NCBI GenBank assembly: GCA_048882045.1
Contig: JBHLRZ010000009.1
Location: 32,384-96,383 of the forward strand
Length of the DNA stretch: 64,000 nucleotides
Direction of reading: 5' to 3'
From: Candidatus Thorarchaeota archaeon
GTDB taxonomy: Archaea > Asgardarchaeota > Thorarchaeia > Thorarchaeales > Thorarchaeaceae
Made by a program: the position numbers and the translations under genes. Positions 29,564 to 37,176 of the stretch are shown here, in pieces (positions within the stretch are counted from its first letter, which is position 1; every line of letters begins with the position of its first letter). The notes beneath the pieces are model-generated. The model did no database searches, was not told the origin of the DNA, and saw nothing but the letters and a program-made list of their open reading frames with translations.

Positions 29564-30412
29564 TTAGTCATGTAGTTTCTCAATTTCTATTGGATATGAT
29601 CCCAGAACTTTGACAAAGAGTGACCTAGATTCCAATCCCTCTAATGCCTCTGCACAGATTGAATCATCAATATGGCCTACAAAGTCTAAGTAGAAATTAT
29701 ACTCCCAGAGATTTTCTTTCGTCGGTCTCGATTCGATCTTAGTCATGTTGATACCCCTCGTGGCGAATTCGCCCAAAGCGTTGTAAAGGGCTCCTGCAAC
29801 ATGTTTGGTCGAGAAGATTACTGAAGTCTTATCATTTCCAGTTGGAGGAGCTTTGTCTTTGGATAGAACAAAGAACCTCGTGTAGTTGTTCCTAGTGTCA
29901 GCAATATCCTGAGCCAGAATTTTCATGTCATATATCTCTGCAGCTCTTTCAGCCGCCACAGCAGCTGCATCTCCCAACTCTTTCTCTCTAATCATTTTCA
30001 CACTTCCTGCTGTGTCATAGGTAGAAATCATTTCGATGTCTAAACCTTCTAAGTAGCTTCTACATTGTCCTAAGGCTTGGGGATGGGAATAGACCACGTT
30101 GATGTCACTCAAGGCTGATTCTGGATTAGCTATGAGACAATGTTCTATTCTTAGCGCCAGTTCTCCTCCCACTCTCAAATCAGATTGAAGGAATAGATCG
30201 TATACTGGGTTGACACTCCCCTCGATTGAATTCTCAATAGGTACAACCCCAAACTTGGTTACATCATCTTCAACAGTTCTGAAGACTTCTGAAAAACTCT
30301 TGCAAGGTTTGGGTCTGGCTCTGGGACCAAAGATTTTGATAACTGCAGATTCACTGTAGGCGCCAACCTCTCCCTGAAAAGCAACTTCTACATCTTGATT
30401 CAAATCAAACAT
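29564..30412 (-). CDS. pheA: Prephenate dehydratase with ACT domain
   Basis: AFQGEVGAYSE, PIENSIEG, SHPQALGQC, NYTRF, KIESRP. Confidence 0.93.
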   Translation of the reverse strand: MFDLNQDVEVAFQGEVGAYSESAVIKIFGPRARPKPCKSFSEVFRTVEDDVTKFGVVPIENSIEGSVNPVYDLFLQSDLRVGGELALRIEHCLIANPESALSDINVVYSHPQALGQCRSYLEGLDIEMISTYDTAGSVKMIREKELGDAAAVAAERAAEIYDMKILAQDIADTRNNYTRFFVLSKDKAPPTGNDKTSVIFSTKHVAGALYNALGEFATRGINMTKIESRPTKENLWEYNFYLDFVGHIDDSICAEALEGLESRSLFVKVLGSYPIEIEKLHD

Positions 30413-30482
30413 TTTCGTTGTCTCAAATCACTTGTTTCACCTAGCTTTAATGCTCTATGCATTTCAGCGCAAGAAGACGACG

Positions 30483-30506
30483 ATGATGCTGAGGGTGAGG
30501 GTCCAG
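30483..30506 (+). repeat. Degenerate copy of the tRNA-Leu 3'-end repeat (R5)
   Basis: atgatgctgagggtgagggtccag; 14 of the first 17 bases match; abuts the stop codon at 30507. Confidence 0.55.
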
Positions 30507-30992
30507 TCATTCACTGGAGCCAAGTATTTTCCTTAAGGAACCAATGTCATTGATGAAGACTAGGGTCAAAATTGAACCAGCGAGAGGTGTAATCAGAACT
30601 GGCCTAACAATCCAATCTTCTAGTACTCCATATATTTGGAATGATAGCCAGACCCATGATAGAAGAATCACTATAGATACAGGAAAAACTACCTTAATCA
30701 AGGACTCTCTGACCATTAGGATGATTAGAAGTAGAACATAGATCATAATCAACCAAAGAAATGGTAGAGTTGATGCATCAGAAACACCTTCTGCAATCTG
30801 ATATCCGGCCTGAAACTGGGAGATACTAGAGTACGCACCAAAGAGATAGATGACAATTGGATCAGACCAACCTCCAGTTACAATTACAGGAGGTTCTGAA
30901 TCTGCGATTTGGTTCAATTCTGCAACTGGCATGAATAAAGAGACTAGAATGAATATACTGACTGCAATAATCCCTTTTACATCATCTCTCAT
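30507..30992 (-). CDS. Hypothetical membrane protein (cassette 5)
   Basis: About 4 TM segments; fills the interval R5-R4. Confidence 0.65.
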   Translation of the reverse strand: MRDDVKGIIAVSIFILVSLFMPVAELNQIADSEPPVIVTGGWSDPIVIYLFGAYSSISQFQAGYQIAEGVSDASTLPFLWLIMIYVLLLIILMVRESLIKVVFPVSIVILLSWVWLSFQIYGVLEDWIVRPVLITPLAGSILTLVFINDIGSLRKILGSSE

Positions 30993-31049
30993 CTCACACC
31001 ACTATAATCCGTAGTAAAATTAGATGGAGATATGTTTTTTGAAGAAAGC

Positions 31050-31074
31050 ATGGTGCTGAGGGCGAGATTTGAAC
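31050..31074 (+). repeat. tRNA-Leu 3'-end repeat (R4)
   Basis: atggtgctgagggcgagatttgaac; one mismatch to 35696-35720. Confidence 0.95.
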
Positions 31075-31086
31075 AGAAGTCAGGAC

Positions 31087-32088
31087 TTAGACAGATGATT
31101 TGACATTATCTATTGAGTTCCATAGAGTTTCAGGTGAAATAAGTTCAATGTTTCCACTGTGTATCATGTTCTGAAGTTTCTGCATCAGGAGAGAGTTCAC
31201 AGGTGTAGCTAAACCGTATATTTCTCCTAAACTCACAATTTCACCAGTCAAGAATTCTTCTTCACTTGAAGAACCACGGAGTAATGATTGGTATGTAGAG
31301 GAGATAAAGTCAAGGCTATCTCTTTCTTGCTTCATCCAGGGTTCAAATGAAGCATCATTACTAAGAACTGTCATCAACTGGTCAAGAACTCGATAGTTCG
31401 GTTCAATCCCGGATTTTTTGACCACATTTCGACCTTCATCCCAGGTAGCAACGAGAATTTGTCTCAAGTGTTTATTCTTCAAACTTTTTGGAAATCCAGA
31501 CCCTGTGAGGGCAAGAGGCAAATTCATGAGATTCAGAACTAATTTTGCCCAGAGATCACTCTCAATATTAGTGGAAATATCGGTCGGTATTCCGGAGGAC
31601 ATGTAGTCACAGAGTCTCTTTATCCGCTCTGTTTCCGTTCCATCCAATTCCCCAATTATGCAATTGCCCTTGCGAGTGTATTCTATCTCTCCTGGTTCTA
31701 GATAACTTGCAGTAAATCGAACGACACCAGGAATCACTCTCATTGTTCCAATAACCTCTGATATTAACGTGGGATTCCTGATTCCATTCTGTAATGAAAC
31801 AACTGGAGTTGACTTTCCAAGATGAGGCGAGAATTCTTCGACTGCTAGTGTTGTGTCTTGAGTCTTGACTGTGAGAAAAACAACATCAGCTCCATCAACA
31901 CAGGATGAATCTGTTGTCGCATTGATTCTAATTGTGAAGTCTTCAAGCCCTTTAACCTTTAGACCATGTTCTCGAATCATGTCAACATGGTTTTGCCGCG
32001 CAACAAGAACAACATCATGACCTGCTCTATGAAGAGTAGCACCCAGAATACTTCCTATGGCTCCAGCTCCATACACCACAGCTTTCAC
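31087..32088 (-). CDS. panE: Ketopantoate reductase family protein (cassette 4)
   Basis: VYGAGAIG, LTVKT, SLQNGI, WAKLVLN, SSTYQSL, EFLTGEIV. Confidence 0.82.
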   Translation of the reverse strand: MKAVVYGAGAIGSILGATLHRAGHDVVLVARQNHVDMIREHGLKVKGLEDFTIRINATTDSSCVDGADVVFLTVKTQDTTLAVEEFSPHLGKSTPVVSLQNGIRNPTLISEVIGTMRVIPGVVRFTASYLEPGEIEYTRKGNCIIGELDGTETERIKRLCDYMSSGIPTDISTNIESDLWAKLVLNLMNLPLALTGSGFPKSLKNKHLRQILVATWDEGRNVVKKSGIEPNYRVLDQLMTVLSNDASFEPWMKQERDSLDFISSTYQSLLRGSSSEEEFLTGEIVSLGEIYGLATPVNSLLMQKLQNMIHSGNIELISPETLWNSIDNVKSSV

Positions 32089-32179
32089 TATTCAACCTCC
32101 CACTTCATTAGAAGTATGCAAAGCGTGATTATACTTTGATAAAAATGAATCTCCGCATTGAAGACATGTAGAATAATCA

Positions 32180-32203
32180 ATGGTGCGGAGGGCGAGATTT
32201 GAA
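32180..32203 (+). repeat. tRNA-Leu 3'-end repeat (R3)
   Basis: Exact atggtgcggagggcgagatttgaa. Confidence 0.97.
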
Positions 32204-32211
32204 TTCAAATC

Positions 32212-34710
32212 CTAAGTATCTTCAAGCAGACCATCAAGTAGTTCTTGGATTTCTTGTTCCCTGTTCGTTAGTTCTTGTTGTATGATTTTCTCCTTTCTCT
32301 TTTTCAGCTTTCGATGAGAATATGTGAAAGATGGCACCAAGAGGGCAAGAATCGACACTGCTGTAATGGGTATTGGACTGTGAATAAACATCTCCATCAC
32401 TGGAACATTGGCGTCATTTGGATCAAAGCCATTTGCTAGTTCCCACGTATCACTAAATCCATCGCTATCTCCATCAGCTGAATTTGGATCTGTATTGTTC
32501 CGATACTCCTCAAGATTGGTTAGTCCATCATCATCGTAATCTTGCGCGGAGTCATCAACTAGCGGATTCGTTCCCCTTTCGACTTCCCAAGAATCAGGCA
32601 TGAGGTCCCCATCCGAATCAGAAGACCCTGGATTAGTACCGTGAATATACTCCTGAAGGTTAGTGAGGTCATCACCATCCAGATCATTCATGGAATCATC
32701 CTCCAGTGGATTTAGCCCGTAGAAGACCTCCCAAGCGTCTGGAATCGTGTCGGAATCACTGTCAGAAGAATGCGGTGACGTTCCGTAAAGATACTCATCA
32801 AGATTGGCGAGTGTGTCATCGTCCGGGTCTTCTGCAGCATCATTACGCAATGGATCCAAAAGATTAAGAAACTCCCAATCATCAGTCATTGAATCCAAAT
32901 CGGAATCAACCGCAATCGGACTTGTGCCAATACGATACTCCTCAAGATTAGTCAGATTGTCATCATCTGAATCAAAGGAGGAGTCATCGAAGTCATCATT
33001 CAAACCATAGTAGCGTTCCCAGCTATCAGTCATCCGGTCATTGTCAAGGTCTGACATATCCTCGAGATTTATTATGAACACGTCGCCAGATTCAACAGTT
33101 GACATATTGAAGAACGTTGTTGCTGGAAAATCAACACTCTTGGTGTGCCCTGCCGCCAGAATGGTCCCTGAGTTACTCGGTCGAACACAACAAATGTCAT
33201 CACTCATTGTTCCTCCAATGTAAGAGGACAAGCGAATCTCATTTACGATATAATCTAGAACGAACAAGAATCCATCAGAAGACTCACAGGTACTATCAAA
33301 TGGACAAGTTAGGGGAAAATCCAAGGAATTGGTAGAACCCCCTACACAGATATTATCAGAACTGTCGACAAAGAAGCTTTTTCCTTCTTCCTTGCCACTT
33401 CCGCCAAAGAACTCGGAATAAACTAGTTCGTAATGAAATTCGGGGGGATTAGCATCTTTCCGAATGACGAAGAACTTGGTTGATTTGGCATCCACATGAT
33501 TAAGGCCCGAAGTAGTGCGTGGAAAGTCTGGTGATTCTGTCCTACCAGTAAGGAAGATATTCATCTCCTGATCGACAAAAACATCCAAACCACTATCAGC
33601 GAGCTCTCCACCAAGATAATCAGAGTAGAAGAGCTCCTGACCATTCTCATGCAGTTGACACACAAAGCAGTCTGAAAGGCCATTGAGTTCTCCTTCAGGA
33701 GGCTCTCCTTCTTGCACTACACATGGAAAATCATCTGAAAAAGTGTATCCTGTCACCGTTGCACGACTGTTTCGAACAGACATGGAAACGATGCAATCGA
33801 TATTACTCCCACCAAGAAACGTCGAGTATTCGACTCCTGTAAGTGTTGAATCGAACTTGATGATGAATCCATCAGATACTCCACCATATGTCATATCATA
33901 ACCATCTTTTATGGGGAATATTGGGGATTCGGTCCACCCTGCAACATACACAGATCCTTCTTCATCAATATCAACTGATTCAGCCCAATCTGACCGATTA
34001 CCACCGAATTTGAAAGAAAACACCAGAAGACCTGTTGTGGAATCAATCCCTAGAACAAAGCAATCCCAACCTTCTCTATCCCAATCTTCCCCTACTAGAA
34101 CAGAGTTCCCTGGTCCACCCAAAGATGGGAAGTACCATGACTTTGTTATACCTGTGATAATGATAATCCCAGTAAGATCGATGGCGACGGATACGGCAAT
34201 ATCCTCTTCCTCGCCACCAATGTAGGTTGAGTATAGAAGATCGTTTCCGTCTGAATTGAAAATAGCTATGAAGCAATCTGTATCCCCTCCAGCATGTTCA
34301 TACTGAATTGGATTTTGAAGAGGAAGATTGCGGGAATTTGTAGAACCAACGATAACAATACGTCCGTCTGAAAGCAGGACCATGTCTGCAATCCGCTCCC
34401 AGCTAGAGCCTCCGTAGATTGTTGATGATTGAATTGGATTGAAAAGATCAATCTCCTCCAGCGATTCGCCTGATGGTTTCATATTTCCGTGAAAAGATCT
34501 TTGCAGTGGGATTGTTGAGTTGTCTGCAGGAATGGTAGTGATTGAATCAATTTCCAAAGGGAGGAAGGGAGAGAGAAATAGCATCATGAATACTATGCAG
34601 AACACCACCACAGAAAGCCCCCATCTGCGTCTCAATATGACTACTATCCTTCTACAGACACCTTTCCGCATATATGTTGGGTCTACGATATCAATAACTT
34701 TGCGGTGCAC
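32212..34710 (-). CDS. Surface protein with SBBP-type beta-propeller repeats, acidic TSP3-like Ca-binding repeats and a TM anchor (cassette 3)
   Basis: YSTYIGG/YSTFLGG...G.T.S.DFP repeats; D.D.D.LTNL.EY and DSD.D.M.D.WE repeats; hydrophobic segments near both termini. Confidence 0.85.
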   Translation of the reverse strand: MHRKVIDIVDPTYMRKGVCRRIVVILRRRWGLSVVVFCIVFMMLFLSPFLPLEIDSITTIPADNSTIPLQRSFHGNMKPSGESLEEIDLFNPIQSSTIYGGSSWERIADMVLLSDGRIVIVGSTNSRNLPLQNPIQYEHAGGDTDCFIAIFNSDGNDLLYSTYIGGEEEDIAVSVAIDLTGIIIITGITKSWYFPSLGGPGNSVLVGEDWDREGWDCFVLGIDSTTGLLVFSFKFGGNRSDWAESVDIDEEGSVYVAGWTESPIFPIKDGYDMTYGGVSDGFIIKFDSTLTGVEYSTFLGGSNIDCIVSMSVRNSRATVTGYTFSDDFPCVVQEGEPPEGELNGLSDCFVCQLHENGQELFYSDYLGGELADSGLDVFVDQEMNIFLTGRTESPDFPRTTSGLNHVDAKSTKFFVIRKDANPPEFHYELVYSEFFGGSGKEEGKSFFVDSSDNICVGGSTNSLDFPLTCPFDSTCESSDGFLFVLDYIVNEIRLSSYIGGTMSDDICCVRPSNSGTILAAGHTKSVDFPATTFFNMSTVESGDVFIINLEDMSDLDNDRMTDSWERYYGLNDDFDDSSFDSDDDNLTNLEEYRIGTSPIAVDSDLDSMTDDWEFLNLLDPLRNDAAEDPDDDTLANLDEYLYGTSPHSSDSDSDTIPDAWEVFYGLNPLEDDSMNDLDGDDLTNLQEYIHGTNPGSSDSDGDLMPDSWEVERGTNPLVDDSAQDYDDDGLTNLEEYRNNTDPNSADGDSDGFSDTWELANGFDPNDANVPVMEMFIHSPIPITAVSILALLVPSFTYSHRKLKKRKEKIIQQELTNREQEIQELLDGLLEDT

Positions 34711-34749
34711 GTAAGCAAAATAAGCAGAATCATTGTTTTAGATATGAAA

Positions 34750-34773
34750 ATGGTGCGGAGGGCGAGATTTGAA
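34750..34773 (+). repeat. tRNA-Leu 3'-end repeat (R2)
   Basis: Exact atggtgcggagggcgagatttgaa. Confidence 0.97.
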
Positions 34774-34843
34774 TCAACGATAGAGGAAATGGTGAAGTTT
34801 TCAGGAGTATTCTATTTGAGTGTATTTGGGGGTAGAATAAAGA

Positions 34844-35218
34844 ATGTCCATACAATCAAAATTGGAGGCTCTCTCCTACATCTGTTTTGCAGGTATGATA
34901 ATTGGTTTTATAATGACTGTGGGCTATTCCCTGTTTATATGGTATCTATTCACAATGGCAATGCTTGCAGTATTTTCCATAGTTTTGATAGTCACTATAT
35001 ATTTTGGACTTAGAGATCATTCATTAGAAACACGAAAGATGCCTTGGTGGAGTAACATTGGAGTATTCATAATGGGTCTTGGAATATTCCTCTATACATT
35101 CCCCGAAATTGGAATCATATCTACTCTTACAGGCGTGATTGTTGTTTTATATGGAATATTCTACAAGGAAAACAGAAATTATGAGAAGATTAACTATGGT
35201 GCGGAGGGCGAGATTTGA
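34844..35218 (+). CDS. Small 4-TM membrane protein (cassette 2); ends inside repeat R1
   Basis: Hydrophobic; C-terminal GAEGEI and the TGA stop are encoded by the repeat. Confidence 0.7.
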   Translation: MSIQSKLEALSYICFAGMIIGFIMTVGYSLFIWYLFTMAMLAVFSIVLIVTIYFGLRDHSLETRKMPWWSNIGVFIMGLGIFLYTFPEIGIISTLTGVIVVLYGIFYKENRNYEKINYGAEGEI

Positions 35219-35219
35219 A
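35196..35219 (+). repeat. tRNA-Leu 3'-end repeat (R1)
   Basis: Exact atggtgcggagggcgagatttgaa. Confidence 0.97.
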
Positions 35220-35292
35220 AATAGCAGTAATCATTGAATAACAGTGCTTATCTGGGTCTTGAAGAAATGGAGTAAATAGTGGAGGGTGCTGA

Positions 35293-35718
35293 TTGAAAGG
35301 TAACAATCAGGAGTCCAACAAGGAACTTTCGACAGAATTAGTAGCTCTCTTTGAATTGTATATAAGCATATTACTACTTCTCATGGTATCAGCAATCAAT
35401 ATCAGAACTAGCGAGCTAAGGGATCTAACTATTCTTGTATCTGGCTTGTTTTTTGTTTTCTTGATATATTTTGGATACAAAGTAATACTAAGTGAAACTC
35501 CTGTATGGTCAGTGAATGCAAAGAGATTGTATGGGATTGGTTCTACTCTATTTCTTATAGGTGGTTCAATTGGTTTTAGCTCGACAAATTTCGAAGTAGG
35601 AGTTCTCATGATACTTGTGGGATTGATCTTGATTCTAATTGCCACTCTTCATCCAGATGCCCGAATCAGGAAGACTAGAACTATCAGAGAAGAAGATGGT
35701 GCGGAGGGCGAGATTTGA
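35293..35718 (+). CDS. Small 4-TM membrane protein (cassette 1); ends antisense within the tRNA 3' end
   Basis: GGAGG upstream; hydrophobic; ends GAEGEI-stop. Confidence 0.7.
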   Translation: MKGNNQESNKELSTELVALFELYISILLLLMVSAINIRTSELRDLTILVSGLFFVFLIYFGYKVILSETPVWSVNAKRLYGIGSTLFLIGGSIGFSSTNFEVGVLMILVGLILILIATLHPDARIRKTRTIREEDGAEGEI

Positions 35719-35814
35719 ACTCGCGAACTCCTACGAGATTCCCCCTTCATGATGAACTATCACGAAGACAGGGATCTGAACCCTGCGCCTTTAACCTGGC
35801 TTGGCAACCTCCGC
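35697..35814 (-). tRNA. tRNA-Leu(CAG), CCA encoded, with a ~30-nt non-canonical intron (about 35739-35768)
   Basis: Acceptor stem GCGGAGG/CCTCCGC-A-CCA; anticodon arm CAGGG-TTCAGAT-CCCTG; variable arm CTC-GTAG-GAG; T arm GCGAG-TTCAAAT-CTCGC. Confidence 0.93.
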
Positions 35815-35864
35815 ATGTATTTTTGCAAGCGGAGAGTTATTGATGATAAGGATTTCTATGGAAA

Positions 35865-36386
35865 TCAGTTCAATGATTTCATAACATCTAGAAGGCTATT
35901 CATTTCAGGACAAGCACCGTGATCTCCAGAGAGGACCTCTATATGACGGATGACACCCATCTTGTCAATCACAAACACAGCACGTTTACCATATCCCTCC
36001 TTAGGCACAAAACAGTCATACTTCAGTGTGACTCCACCTAGTGGATATTGGTCGGACAACAATGGAAATCCTAGCGTGTCAATACTGTCAGTCCATTCTT
36101 TGTTTACCTCAACCGAGTCCATGTTGATTCCCAATACTTGAGTGTCGTGAGCATTGAAATCTGTCAGATGTTCCTTATAGAACAAAAGATAGTCCTTGCA
36201 GGATTCGTTCAATCGTCCAGGATTGAGTGCGAGGGCAACATTGTATCTATCATGGAAGTCTGATAGCTTGACGGCATTCCCATCCTGGTCCGGAAGAAGG
36301 AAATCAAGAGCTTCTTCTCCAGGGCTCAAACATACATACTGTTCACGAAGAATCATAATGATGCACAGGTTCTCTTCCGAAACCAC
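35865..36386 (-). CDS. Peroxiredoxin-like (AhpC/TSA) protein; start probably near 36329
   Basis: DFLLPDQDG, PGRLNESC, FPLLSD, KRAVFVIDKMG. Confidence 0.8.
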   Translation of the reverse strand: MVSEENLCIIMILREQYVCLSPGEEALDFLLPDQDGNAVKLSDFHDRYNVALALNPGRLNESCKDYLLFYKEHLTDFNAHDTQVLGINMDSVEVNKEWTDSIDTLGFPLLSDQYPLGGVTLKYDCFVPKEGYGKRAVFVIDKMGVIRHIEVLSGDHGACPEMNSLLDVMKSLN

Positions 36387-36420
36387 TCATATTAATTTAA
36401 CTATTGTTAATATATTTTGG

Positions 36421-37176
36421 TCATATTAACTGCTCGCGATAGGACCAGATCTGGTCCCTGAGTAGATTCCAGTCTCCAATGTTCTCTATGACCTCTTGCT
36501 TTTTCATCGCCTCTCTGGTGGGGCCATCATACACTATCCGACCATCCTTTATCACCGCAACAGAATCAGTCCAGTTCTCTATGAAGAACCTGTTGTGGGT
36601 TGTGAAGAGTATACTGATGCCATCTTGTCGGAGTTTTTGGATGATCCCAATCATCGTTGTCACCATCTTGAAGTCGAGTCCTGTGAATGGCTCATCAAGT
36701 ATCAGAATGCCAGGACGCATCGCAATCAGACCCGCGAGTGCAACCCTCTTTGCCTGTCCATGACTCATCTGATTCACAGGTCTTTCGATAAACTTTGACA
36801 TCCCAACTCTGTCCAGAGCCCATTCTACTCGTTCAGCCACTTCTTCCTCAGAGAGTCCAAGATTGCGAGGGCCAAAAGCAACATCCTCCCAGACTGTCGG
36901 GGCGAAGAGTTGGTCATCAGGATTCTGGAACAGGAAGCCAACATTTTGTCGAAGTTCCCAAAGATTGTCCTTGGTGATCCTTCGGTCAAAGACGAAGATC
37001 TCTCCCGAATCTGGTTGTAACAGACCGAGTATCAGTTTGAAGAGAGTGGTCTTTCCAGACCCATTCAGTCCTACGAGAGCCTTCTGCTCTCCCACATGAA
37101 GCTGTAGGTTGATATCCTCCATTTTGAAGTCAGGATATCTGAAGAACACATGGTTAACATCGATTGCACATGTCAT
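36421..37176 (-). CDS. cbiO: ECF transporter ATPase CbiO/NikO
   Basis: GLNGSGKTT, FQNPDDQLF, SHGQAKR, LDEP. Confidence 0.9.
   Translation of the reverse strand: MTCAIDVNHVFFRYPDFKMEDINLQLHVGEQKALVGLNGSGKTTLFKLILGLLQPDSGEIFVFDRRITKDNLWELRQNVGFLFQNPDDQLFAPTVWEDVAFGPRNLGLSEEEVAERVEWALDRVGMSKFIERPVNQMSHGQAKRVALAGLIAMRPGILILDEPFTGLDFKMVTTMIGIIQKLRQDGISILFTTHNRFFIENWTDSVAVIKDGRIVYDGPTREAMKKQEVIENIGDWNLLRDQIWSYREQLI

Noticed and set aside
32420-33060. Repetitive DNA in the surface-protein gene as a mobile repeat
   Set aside because: Explained by protein-level acidic repeats with divergent codons.
34705-35013. ORF reading through repeat R2 (MVRRARFE)
   Set aside because: It overlaps the better-supported ORF 34844-35218 in another frame and looks like a shadow translation.
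31050-35219. The 24-bp repeats as a CRISPR array
   Set aside because: Spacers are 0.4-2.5 kb and contain genes, the repeat equals a tRNA 3' end, and no cas genes are present.
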